In this document: positions 44,746 to 53,251 of the stretch, piece by piece | Layout: each line of letters starts with the position of its first letter | Numbering within the stretch: the first letter of the stretch is position 1 | From: a virus | Direction: 5' to 3' (one strand) | Virus record (IMG/VR): IMGVR_UViG_3300000358_000010 | Length of the DNA: 61,575 nt | Notes under the pieces: generated by a model | The model's database searches: none | Told to the model about the DNA's origin: nothing | What the model saw: only the letters and a program-made list of their open reading frames with translations | Made by a program: the position numbers and the translations under genes

Positions 44746-45522
44746 ATGTACGCTATCATAACCGAGAATGACTTATCACAATGGAAAGACAAGACTGGGG
44801 AATTATATCATCATCCCAAACGGCATTTGAAATCTCTTGTACCTGGAACTAAGGTTATTTATTATAAAGGTAATCTTACAGATAAACAATATGAGAAACA
44901 TCGCTTGACATCGAAAGCTCATTATTTTGGAATTGGAGAGATTGGCAAACAATATCCTGATCCTAATTCTACTAAGAATGATTATTTCTCTGAGATAATA
45001 AATTTCCAAGCATTTGATAGTCCAATTTTTATAAAGGATAAAGATGGTCATTATTTAGAGACCATTCCAACTTCACGCCAAACAAACTATTGGCGAGATG
45101 GGACAAGACCTATAACCAAGGAAGTCTATGAAAAAATACTTTCTCAATCTTGTATTTCAATTGCAATAGATCAAAATGAAGAATTAACATCCAATGTAAC
45201 AGAGGGAAAGCAAAAAAAGACTTACTCAACTACATATGAAAGAAAACCTAAACTACGTCAACAGGCACTAAACATCCATGGTTATACATGTATGGTATGT
45301 GGATTTAATTTTCTCGAATCTTATGGAGAAGTCGGTCGTGGTTTTATTCATATCCACCATATAAAACCTCTTTCTGAAACTGGAGAACAAATTGTTGATC
45401 CCCAAACTGATCTAATGCCTGTATGTCCTAATTGCCATTGTATGATTCACCGAGGAAAAGACCGCGTTTTAGCAATTGAAGAACTAAAACAGATGTTGAA
45501 AAAGAATAAACTCACTCCATAA
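44746..45522 (+). CDS. HNH endonuclease with an N-terminal beta-rich reader-like domain (258 aa); candidate type IV or type II restriction nuclease
   Basis: Trimmed to the ATG at 44746. C-terminal HNH: CMVCGFNF...IHIHHIKPLSETG...PVCPNCHCMIH. The PUA/EVE-like assignment of the N-terminal 150 aa or so (WKDKTGELYHHP...GTKVIYYKG...YFGIGEIG) is tentative. Confidence 0.75.
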   Translation: MYAIITENDLSQWKDKTGELYHHPKRHLKSLVPGTKVIYYKGNLTDKQYEKHRLTSKAHYFGIGEIGKQYPDPNSTKNDYFSEIINFQAFDSPIFIKDKDGHYLETIPTSRQTNYWRDGTRPITKEVYEKILSQSCISIAIDQNEELTSNVTEGKQKKTYSTTYERKPKLRQQALNIHGYTCMVCGFNFLESYGEVGRGFIHIHHIKPLSETGEQIVDPQTDLMPVCPNCHCMIHRGKDRVLAIEELKQMLKKNKLTP

Positions 45523-45575
45523 TACATCTTGAATCTACTGATATGTCTGATTTATTATGAACATAATATTATAAT

Positions 45576-45806
45576 ATGAAAAATATACAGTTTTTTTTAA
45601 AGAGACTAAATCGCTACATACAATACCATTATCCGTCTGATCGGGATTATATTTTAAAGATACTGAAACCTTGGATTGCTATTGGATTAATAATCACAAT
45701 TTGCTATTTAGCTTTTTGCTTTGGAATAGATTGGGTTCTTAGTAGAATAGCTTTTTGGGGAATCATTGGCACTCTTGTATGGTGGGGAAATTTGGGAAGC
45801 AAATAA
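45576..45806 (+). CDS. Small two-TM membrane protein (76 aa)
   Basis: ORF track. Hydrophobic segments WIAIGLIITICYLAFCFGI and IAFWGIIGTLVWW. Confidence 0.5.
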   Translation: MKNIQFFLKRLNRYIQYHYPSDRDYILKILKPWIAIGLIITICYLAFCFGIDWVLSRIAFWGIIGTLVWWGNLGSK

Positions 45807-45835
45807 ATTCACCTCTTTATTGGTTTGGAGATTTA

Positions 45836-46516
45836 TTAGAAAGTTTGTTGTATGCGGGATAACACAAATTTATTCGCATCAGCATAAAAATTCTTCTTGA
45901 TTTCAAATCCATATGCTTTGCGTCCTACTTGAACTGCTGCGAGTAAGGTGGAACCACTACCAGCGCATGGATCAATTACGACATCGCCTTTATCGGTAAA
46001 TATCTCTATCAACCTTCGAAGAAGCGGAACAGGCTTTTGTGTCGGGTGAATTTTGGGAGTTTCATTATCTACCACCCAATCGAAGCAGTTGAAAATCATT
46101 CGCCCATCATTATTGAATTTGGGAAGTTTTTCACGGTACAAGAGCAAACCATACTCACAGTTACCAACTACTTTCATATTTGCCTTGAGAACCTGAGCGG
46201 AGAAATTCTTTCTGAATACAAGGTTGATATAGTTGTTCAGCCCGTATCGTTTACCGAGTTCGATGTATCTGAACTGGTCTTCAAATTCACAGAAGATAAT
46301 CATACATGGAGCTTTACCTTTTTCTTTCGGCTCCTTTACAAGCATCTGACTGCAAAAGTACATGAACTCGGCAGGTCGAAAATCTTTATCAGTATCAAAG
46401 AACTCTTTACCGGCTTTATCACTTTCTCCGTTTTTGTTATTACCATCCACATACCATAAAGGGTTAGAAGCATAAGCATTATTCCCTAAATTATAGGGAA
46501 CATCGGCAATTATCAA
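45836..46516 (-). CDS. DNA methyltransferase, beta class (N6-adenine or N4-cytosine)
   Basis: Motif IV-like ADVPYN sits at the N-terminus and motif I VIDPCAGSGSTLLAA near the C-terminus. Only a TTG start is available, and the frame stays open for 28 more codons upstream without a start codon. Confidence 0.8.
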   Translation of the reverse strand: MIIADVPYNLGNNAYASNPLWYVDGNNKNGESDKAGKEFFDTDKDFRPAEFMYFCSQMLVKEPKEKGKAPCMIIFCEFEDQFRYIELGKRYGLNNYINLVFRKNFSAQVLKANMKVVGNCEYGLLLYREKLPKFNNDGRMIFNCFDWVVDNETPKIHPTQKPVPLLRRLIEIFTDKGDVVIDPCAGSGSTLLAAVQVGRKAYGFEIKKNFYADANKFVLSRIQQTF

Positions 46517-46562
46517 TTGAGCTTTGGGGATACCGTAAACCTTATAGTTTGGGAAATGATCG

Positions 46563-46775
46563 TTAAATTGTGGATAATTGCGTTTTGTCGACGTCCTGTT
46601 TCAATTTACGGATGGCGGAAATCGCAGTGTTGAAATTACGTTTCGCGTCGTAACATAATTCATAGCCTTGTTTTCCCATTTCACTTCTCAAATCGTAGAG
46701 AAGCGTTTCTACGATATCGGTCAACACATAGGTTAGGTTGAGCGTCGTATTAAGATTTGTTGTTCCTACTAACAT
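46563..46775 (-). CDS. Hypothetical (70 aa)
   Basis: ORF track. Confidence 0.45.
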   Translation of the reverse strand: MLVGTTNLNTTLNLTYVLTDIVETLLYDLRSEMGKQGYELCYDAKRNFNTAISAIRKLKQDVDKTQLSTI

Positions 46776-46779
46776 GATT

Positions 46780-46965
46780 TTATTTATTTCTTAAGCTTAT
46801 AAAGCCTCGTTTAACCAACTCTATCAGATCCGACATATTTTCTTCACTTATTTCTGCCTGAGTCTCACCATTTACAGACATATAGTGAGGAATGCCAAAT
46901 CGATCACGGATTCTCTTACGGATAACAGGAGTAGACTTATTCTCCCAGTAGATAGTTACTTTCAT
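46780..46965 (-). CDS. Hypothetical (61 aa)
   Basis: ORF track. Overlaps the upstream stop. Confidence 0.5.
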   Translation of the reverse strand: MKVTIYWENKSTPVIRKRIRDRFGIPHYMSVNGETQAEISEENMSDLIELVKRGFISLRNK

Positions 46966-47555
46966 TTTCGTAAGCTTTCTCCCTTAAACTTTACCCTCGT
47001 AGTAATGGCTACCAACCTGTCCATGGTACGTTCTCCATATTTTTGAGAAATTTCGTCAAGTGATAGATTGGTAGTCAGCATAAGAAGCTTCCCCCTCTTT
47101 TCTGCTTCATCAACAATTTCACAGAAAGCAAGTCTTTTTTCTCCAAATTTCACGCTTAAATTTTCTGTACCGATATCATCAATGTAAATGATATGTTTTG
47201 CCTTCACAGCGTCTATATCTGCGTTCATTTGTTGTGCATCATAACATGCTACTATCTTTCTGCAATAGTGGTTAAGCAACAGAGGAATGATTTTCCAACA
47301 GATAAGTGACTTTCCACGTCCACAATTACCATGACATAAAAGTCCACGCCCATTATTTCCGGAAAGCCATGCAGCTATTTCTTCGTACTCCGGCAACCAT
47401 TCAGCATTTCTCGTGAAATAATTCAGTCCCCTCAAAAGTACATCCTTTGAATCTGGTATAGCTATGTCCACAAGATTGGGCATAGGATTAAACCCAGTTC
47501 CTTTGAGACTATCAATTGTTTTTTTGAAGTCTATTTGTTCCATCTTTCCTCCCAT
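46962..47555 (-). CDS. DnaC/IstB-like helicase loader ATPase (197 aa)
   Basis: Walker A HGNCGRGKS and Walker B IIYIDDIGTE. Confidence 0.8.
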   Translation of the reverse strand: MGGKMEQIDFKKTIDSLKGTGFNPMPNLVDIAIPDSKDVLLRGLNYFTRNAEWLPEYEEIAAWLSGNNGRGLLCHGNCGRGKSLICWKIIPLLLNHYCRKIVACYDAQQMNADIDAVKAKHIIYIDDIGTENLSVKFGEKRLAFCEIVDEAEKRGKLLMLTTNLSLDEISQKYGERTMDRLVAITTRVKFKGESLRK

Positions 47556-48340
47556 TTCCTTTCTCGTGGTGAATCATATTTATTCGGAGTATTATCATTG
47601 AGAACTACTCCAATATCAATGACCGATTTAGAAGACATTTTTTCGCGGTTTGCCCATGTTGCCAGCCTTTTAGAAAGCTCCCAAGTTTTCTCAAGTTCAT
47701 AACGCATCTTAGTTTCTGATTTATTCAGCTCTGACCAATAATCGAAGAAAGCCCTTATCATGTCTTTCGGGTATTTACCAACATAGGGAACTAAGGACTG
47801 ATAGAAAGAATCTTTTCGAGTGAGAGTAGCGGCTTTAGCCGCGTCCCTGTCTTTGGGTTTCTTTTTCTCTACGATAGTAGAGTTTTCTTTATTTTCTTCT
47901 AATTCTTTCTCTTTATTATCTTTATTTATTTTGTTTCCCTGCTGTTTCCAAGGTGTTTCCTCACTGTTTCCCTGCTGTTTCTTTTGCGTTTCCAGCTCTT
48001 GTAATACGAAGTTGTATTTATCGTAATTACAGATAGTTACAACGGTCTGTCCTGTTTCCTTTGGTGTTTCTTTTATAATCATATTGTCCTGTATCAGTAA
48101 GTCGAGGAAAGAATTTACTTTCTTGGTTGACCACTGCCAACGACCAGCTAAAAACCGCAATGAAACAAGTATCTGCCCGCGCTTAACTTCTATGAACCTA
48201 TTACCAATAAGTTGCTTCGTGTCTTCAAATCGTGCGCTACGAACTAAATCAAGCCATGCTTCAAACCTCGAAAATACGCGCTCTTCGCACCAAAATGGGT
48301 GCTCAAATAGCCGTCTGCTAATAGGTATGTAATATTTCAT
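47531..48340 (-). CDS. Replication initiator / replisome organiser (269 aa)
   Basis: N-terminal winged-helix-like region, a low-complexity linker carrying the iterons, and a C-terminal domain. Lies upstream of the loader. Confidence 0.7.
   Translation of the reverse strand: MKYYIPISRRLFEHPFWCEERVFSRFEAWLDLVRSARFEDTKQLIGNRFIEVKRGQILVSLRFLAGRWQWSTKKVNSFLDLLIQDNMIIKETPKETGQTVVTICNYDKYNFVLQELETQKKQQGNSEETPWKQQGNKINKDNKEKELEENKENSTIVEKKKPKDRDAAKAATLTRKDSFYQSLVPYVGKYPKDMIRAFFDYWSELNKSETKMRYELEKTWELSKRLATWANREKMSSKSVIDIGVVLNDNTPNKYDSPRERKWEERWNK
47932..47992. repeat. Iteron array: six (T/C)GTTTC(C) repeats at exact 11-bp spacing (candidate ori)
   Basis: Copies start at 47932, 47943, 47954, 47965, 47976 and 47987. 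Includes a 17-nt exact duplicate TGTTTCCCTGCTGTTTC. An AT-rich tract lies at 47881..47930. Confidence 0.75.
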
Positions 48341-48343
48341 AAA

Positions 48344-49516
48344 TCAAAACCTCACATTAGTTAATTGTCTTCCCTTAGAGAATACAGCCCATTTCCCATT
48401 GCCGCTATCAAATAACCGCAAATCCGACACCTCTCCGAAACGTTTGATGTTACCACATAAATCAACAATCCACCCACACTCTTTCTGAGGATGTGGACGA
48501 ATAGCCCGACCAACTATCTGATACCACATAGCAAGTGACATCGTAGGACGGGCCATAACAACCGTATCAAGCTCGGGATAATCAAAACCAGTAGTCAGAA
48601 CTCCGACATTGGCAACGACCGGGATTTCACCAGATTTGAACGCAGCAAGGATTCTTTCACGAGTAGATTTGGGAGTATCACCCGAAACAATAGCGCATCC
48701 GGGAATGGACCACGTAAGCTGTTCGGCTTCTTTCAAGAACCGGGTAAATACCAGTATTCCCTTTCGTTTACCTCCAGCTTTTGGATTCATCAGCCTTTGG
48801 ACGATATGGACGAGATAACTGTAAAAGTCGATTCGTTCATATTCCTTTTGGATTGATTTATCCGTATAGTCGGCACCAGTAGTGTTCACCCGTAAGTTGA
48901 GTTCATTCCATCCCGAAGGATTCATCGGATAGTAATTCAACTTTGCCAAATATCCCATATCTAAGAGAGTTGATACCTGTACATGGTAAATGACCTCTGA
49001 AAAGACATGAGGCTTTGTCCGGGTGATGAATTTCAGCATGGATCCGAAGTCACGTGAGGAAGACAATCTATAAGGAGTTGCCGTCAAGCCAAGAACCTTG
49101 CACTTCACTGCATCAAAAAAATCCTTGTACATTCCCTCTTTGGGGTTAACAAGGTGGCATTCGTCCACGATGATGTTCTTGAAGTGGATGAACAGTTCGG
49201 GATGATTCTTTACCGATCCGATTGTTGCGAATGTTATCCGGCTTATTTCCTTTGAGTTGAAAGAAGCCGAATAAATGCTACAGTCAAGAATACCATACGA
49301 GCAGAGCTTTTTAAAATTTTGTTCGACAATCTCTTTTGAAGGCTGGAACACTAAAGTATGTCCGTCAAGTCTTGCGGCTATATCCGCTATGATAAGGCTC
49401 TTTCCGCTTCCGGTCGGTAACACCATAATGGCATTTGTTTTCTTCGCCTTATTGTTAAAGAAAGAAACGGCAGCATCAGAGGCTTTCTGTTGATAATCTC
49501 GTAATACATAACTCAT
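48344..49516 (-). CDS. SF2 DEAD/DEAH-box DNA helicase (390 aa)
   Basis: VLPTGSGKS, IIVDECH, LGLTATP and QIVGRAIR motifs. Confidence 0.85.
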   Translation of the reverse strand: MSYVLRDYQQKASDAAVSFFNNKAKKTNAIMVLPTGSGKSLIIADIAARLDGHTLVFQPSKEIVEQNFKKLCSYGILDCSIYSASFNSKEISRITFATIGSVKNHPELFIHFKNIIVDECHLVNPKEGMYKDFFDAVKCKVLGLTATPYRLSSSRDFGSMLKFITRTKPHVFSEVIYHVQVSTLLDMGYLAKLNYYPMNPSGWNELNLRVNTTGADYTDKSIQKEYERIDFYSYLVHIVQRLMNPKAGGKRKGILVFTRFLKEAEQLTWSIPGCAIVSGDTPKSTRERILAAFKSGEIPVVANVGVLTTGFDYPELDTVVMARPTMSLAMWYQIVGRAIRPHPQKECGWIVDLCGNIKRFGEVSDLRLFDSGNGKWAVFSKGRQLTNVRF

Positions 49517-49992
49517 AAACCTTTCTCCTTTCGTAACTTCTTATTAAGTGCTTTGTAATACTTGATTAGTTGCTCATACTCAAAATCTGACATCTTAGTA
49601 TTTGATGCAGCTTTCACTTTTAGCAAGTCAAAATGCTGTTGTCCGATTTTGGCTATCAAATTCTCACGGTAGCCTTCAAGGTGGTCGGCACGGAAACGGT
49701 TGCACGCACGGCATTCGGCATGGCAATTGTTCTCATCAAATCGGGTAGCCAGATGCGTGCGGCTGAAATAGTGACCACAGTCGGCTTGCCCGAACGGTTT
49801 TATCTGTCCACATGATATACATCGGAAGAAACCGTTTGGCATACAATCACGAAGCCGGATGAAAAGGGAAAACTCTTTATCGAGCTTAGCTTTCAAATCC
49901 GGCTTCTTCTTTACTGTTACCCCTGCTTTATCAAACAGAGGTAAAGGATTGTCTTTTTTCTTAGCCTTGGTTCGTTTTATGTAGTATGGCAT
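49513..49992 (-). CDS. ninG: NinG/Rap-like recombination endonuclease (159 aa)
   Basis: CISCGQ...CGHYFSR...RFDENNCHAECRACN pattern of the NinG family. Confidence 0.7.
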   Translation of the reverse strand: MPYYIKRTKAKKKDNPLPLFDKAGVTVKKKPDLKAKLDKEFSLFIRLRDCMPNGFFRCISCGQIKPFGQADCGHYFSRTHLATRFDENNCHAECRACNRFRADHLEGYRENLIAKIGQQHFDLLKVKAASNTKMSDFEYEQLIKYYKALNKKLRKEKGL

Positions 49993-50396
49993 TCTACTAT
50001 TGGTTTACACAATTCAACAACTCGTTTACAATCCTCCACATCAAACATTCCTATGTGGCAAACTTCATATGGTATTCCTAATTGAATGGATAACCACAAA
50101 TAAGCTTTATTTCTATTTGAAGTGTTGGGGATATGTTTCTTCCAAATTTTATTGATAAGATTGGTCTTAGCTATTTGGTCAAAGTAGAAGTGGGCTTCCT
50201 TCTTGGCTTCTCTTAGCTCAGCATTTGCCAAACGTCCTAATGCTTGGTCTGTACCTTTATGCACACCTACATAAGCCCTGCAATCATGACACAGATAAAT
50301 CATACCGTAGGAACGTCCGTAGATTATGGAGCTATCCACGTATTCAGTAGGCTTACCGCAATAAGGGCAAATCTTTCCAGTTAATATTTCATTCAT
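49977..50396 (-). CDS. Zinc-ribbon protein (139 aa)
   Basis: CPYCGKPT...CHDCRAYV. Confidence 0.6.
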   Translation of the reverse strand: MNEILTGKICPYCGKPTEYVDSSIIYGRSYGMIYLCHDCRAYVGVHKGTDQALGRLANAELREAKKEAHFYFDQIAKTNLINKIWKKHIPNTSNRNKAYLWLSIQLGIPYEVCHIGMFDVEDCKRVVELCKPIVECHTT

Positions 50397-50400
50397 AATT

Positions 50401-50436
50401 TTTTAATTAAAAGCCCCGAAGCATATTCTCCGGGGC
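50401..50436 (-). terminator. Intrinsic terminator
   Basis: Stem GCCCCG/CGGGGC (12-nt loop) followed by TTTTAATTAAAA on the minus strand. Confidence 0.7.
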
Positions 50437-50688
50437 ACAACCATTATTTATTAACCCATGCCATTGATGTGTGGCTCACATTATTCCATCGGGAACACTA
50501 TCTGTATGCGCATTACAGAAATATCCATTTGCAACTGAATACTTTCATGTTCCCTTTCCAACACAAGTTTGTGGACGGGACCGGTAACGATCCGGCATAC
50601 ACACTTCCGGCTGTGCGCAGTGCATTCCATACGCCCGCCCATGTTTGCCTGCTATATCTTCACAGACCTTGCAGGCAGGTTAACAAAG

Positions 50689-51561
50689 TTATTCCATATA
50701 AGCCATTGAGAACTCTTTCGGAATAAACCGCCCGACTGGGATAGGTTTAGCAGATTCAATAGCCGTGTGAATTTCTCTCTTTCTGAACTCATGTCCCTTT
50801 TCTTTGGCTTGTTTCTCACATTCTTCCTCTTTGTTTTTGAGATAGTGGGTAATAAGCATCATCGCTCTATCAACATTGAAGGTATTCACGACAAAGGTTT
50901 GGACTCTTTCGTCTTCGTTATCTCCTTCCGTAAAGGTGATTTTCGTCTCAATTTGATAGAATTTCTTTTCATTCGGTTTAGATTCTTCGTCACGATCTTC
51001 AGTCTCATCGTCCATCTTATCAACGTATTCTGCCATAGTGATTTCATTTTTAAGATAGGCAAGCGAAGCATCGTCAACCTTGCGTTCTTTCAAGTTGTCA
51101 GTAAGAATCACGCAGGAATCGAACTCCTTTATCATTGTCGGGGTGAATCCGAACTGGTAATTGAGTTCAATGTAGTCTTTCAATATGATGCAAGCGTTCT
51201 GTATTCCGGTGGCATATAGCAAGAACTTATGTTTCTTGTCACCTATTTGCGCTTGAGCGATGTACGGATACAGATAATTGTTCTCATTCTCGAACGCCAA
51301 GCGGTTCTGGTTACTGACTTCCACTTCCTTGATACCGTCTGCTTCCATACTGAAACGAATTTTCGCCAAAGTGTCTTGGTCTATCAGCGTACCACGGTCG
51401 AAAAGAATTTCATTCCGTTCGATGATTACTGTTTCACCGGTATCTTCATCAATGAAAGATTCCTCCCATGTTTTGAGGACACGTTTTGCAAGGTACATGT
51501 TAAGCATCTTTTTCGGGTCAGATGTCACATACCGGATTTCTGTTTTTCTTGTTTCTATCAT
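50689..51561 (-). CDS. Hypothetical early protein (290 aa)
   Basis: ORF track. Acidic central region. No motif recognised. Confidence 0.65.
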   Translation of the reverse strand: MIETRKTEIRYVTSDPKKMLNMYLAKRVLKTWEESFIDEDTGETVIIERNEILFDRGTLIDQDTLAKIRFSMEADGIKEVEVSNQNRLAFENENNYLYPYIAQAQIGDKKHKFLLYATGIQNACIILKDYIELNYQFGFTPTMIKEFDSCVILTDNLKERKVDDASLAYLKNEITMAEYVDKMDDETEDRDEESKPNEKKFYQIETKITFTEGDNEDERVQTFVVNTFNVDRAMMLITHYLKNKEEECEKQAKEKGHEFRKREIHTAIESAKPIPVGRFIPKEFSMAYME

Positions 51562-51563
51562 AA

Positions 51564-52001
51564 CTAAATAAATTCTTGATTTCTTTGTATTTCCTGCTGG
51601 GCGTAAATCAGCATTTGATGTTCATTCGCAGCAGGCAGGTAAATTCCAGCTTGTGCCGCGCTCCAATTACGGAAGCGGTCAATACTCAGGGTCATTTCAC
51701 CTGTTGTCAGTTCGGCTGAACTGCGCAAGTAGATTACTTCCTTGCCCTTCTTGTTGACCGTTTTACGTTCAAATAAATCACGGTTGCAAGTCCTCTTATA
51801 GAAGTCTATTTTGGCTTCGTCAAGGCTGCAACCATACTCACTACCGAAATACCCTAAAAGAAGATGTAAATAGCTGTTTTGGGCAAGCGTGCGGTTAGGT
51901 AGTTTCTTTTTCACTTCCACCACCGCACGTTCACTAAACAGCTTGTTTACATACTCCTTGAACTTGGGTATTTGATATTCATTCTTCAAGTCGAACAGCA
52001 T
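51564..52001 (-). CDS. NinB/Orf-like recombination mediator (145 aa, tentative)
   Basis: RTLAQNSYLHLLLGYF resembles the NinB xxQNxxxH motif. Lies next to the SSB and exonuclease genes. Confidence 0.45.
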   Translation of the reverse strand: MLFDLKNEYQIPKFKEYVNKLFSERAVVEVKKKLPNRTLAQNSYLHLLLGYFGSEYGCSLDEAKIDFYKRTCNRDLFERKTVNKKGKEVIYLRSSAELTTGEMTLSIDRFRNWSAAQAGIYLPAANEHQMLIYAQQEIQRNQEFI

Positions 52002-52004
52002 ACG

Positions 52005-52469
52005 CTAAAAAGGCAAATCGTCCTTTACATTGCCATTAGCATCAATCGGAGGCGGAAAGTTCTGCGGCTGTTGCTGATAAGTCGGCTGCGGTGTAGGTTG
52101 TTGAATTGGTTGCTGTGCCAGTGTAGCTTGTGGGGATTGCGACACACCGCCACGCGCATCTATTTTGTAACACCGAATAGATGCCATACGTTTGAGTTCT
52201 CCGTCCTGATTCGTCCAAGAACGCCCTTGTAAGACAAATGATACAGTAACAACATCACCGGTTTTAAAGCGGTCCAGTTCGGTGCATTTATCGCCTGAGA
52301 ACTCTAAGGGAATAATATTTTCATACTCGCTACGCTCACCCGTATAAGGGTCATAAGTGGTAGCATCTAAAATAAATTCCCGTTTAGTAAATGGGGAACC
52401 ACCACTTTTAGATGGAATTTGGACGATCTGACCGATTTCGATTATCCGTCCGGTTATCTGATTTGCCAT
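52005..52469 (-). CDS. ssb: Single-stranded DNA-binding protein (DUF3127-type OB fold, 154 aa)
   Basis: OB-fold N-terminus, a Q/P-rich linker and an acidic tail ending DDLPF. Confidence 0.75.
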   Translation of the reverse strand: MANQITGRIIEIGQIVQIPSKSGGSPFTKREFILDATTYDPYTGERSEYENIIPLEFSGDKCTELDRFKTGDVVTVSFVLQGRSWTNQDGELKRMASIRCYKIDARGGVSQSPQATLAQQPIQQPTPQPTYQQQPQNFPPPIDANGNVKDDLPF

Positions 52470-53251
52470 TAATTTTCTCCTCCAAATATCTTTTTATCGG
52501 TGATTAATTCTCTGTTTTCTTCCAAGAACCGGATAAATTCCTCACAATGATTAGTGAGAATAGGTATATCACGTTCCGGGTTGAAAACGTATGTCTCAGT
52601 ATAGGTGTCCACCATATAACCGCCTTTGTTGAACTCTACGATATTGTATTCAAACGTCCGCACATCCGAACCGTTCTGCATAAGAGCGTATGGATAAACC
52701 AGATGTTGGTGATGGTCTTTGAACTTTCCTACAGTATAACTGCCAGTTGTCTTGATGTCATGAACACTGGTCGGCATCAATTCGTCTATCAGACCGTATA
52801 CCAATACGTCACCGAAAGCAGTATGCAGGATTGCTTCTACCCTCTGTTGGGTCAATGCGCCTTTAAAGTAATCGGCAAACTCACGGCAAAGAGAAATAGG
52901 GAAAACAAATGTACGGTTGTTATAAACAACTGTATAACAAGTATTTTCTGTATTCCTTTCTACATACATCTCGTTTGGCTTGCGATTTTCGATTAGAGCA
53001 TCTACCAATTCATTAAAGGCTGTGCCCTTATCAGCAGCTTCACTATCAAAAGGCTTGCGATTGATACGGTCTATTAGTTCGTGAAACTGTTGTTCGTGAA
53101 ATTCTTCGGGAGTGTGGGGTGGATTTTCTGACCACCCCCAATACTTATCCCAAATCACATCACTATTCAGATATCCCCAAAAGGCATCAAGAATCGTGGC
53201 GTAAAAACGATATTTAGGCTGCATCTGAATAAGTTTTTGTTTCTTTATCAA
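52469..53251 (-). CDS. PD-(D/E)XK exonuclease (RecB/Cas4-like, 260 aa)
   Basis: GLIDEL...VHDIKTTGSY...QHLVYPY, matching the D..ExK and QxxxY motifs. Confidence 0.7.
   Translation of the reverse strand: MIKKQKLIQMQPKYRFYATILDAFWGYLNSDVIWDKYWGWSENPPHTPEEFHEQQFHELIDRINRKPFDSEAADKGTAFNELVDALIENRKPNEMYVERNTENTCYTVVYNNRTFVFPISLCREFADYFKGALTQQRVEAILHTAFGDVLVYGLIDELMPTSVHDIKTTGSYTVGKFKDHHQHLVYPYALMQNGSDVRTFEYNIVEFNKGGYMVDTYTETYVFNPERDIPILTNHCEEFIRFLEENRELITDKKIFGGEN

Noticed and set aside
50469-50726. 85-aa plus-strand ORF
   Set aside because: His/Pro/Arg-rich shadow-like sequence in a structured intergenic segment. Opposite to the local transcription direction, with no promoter.
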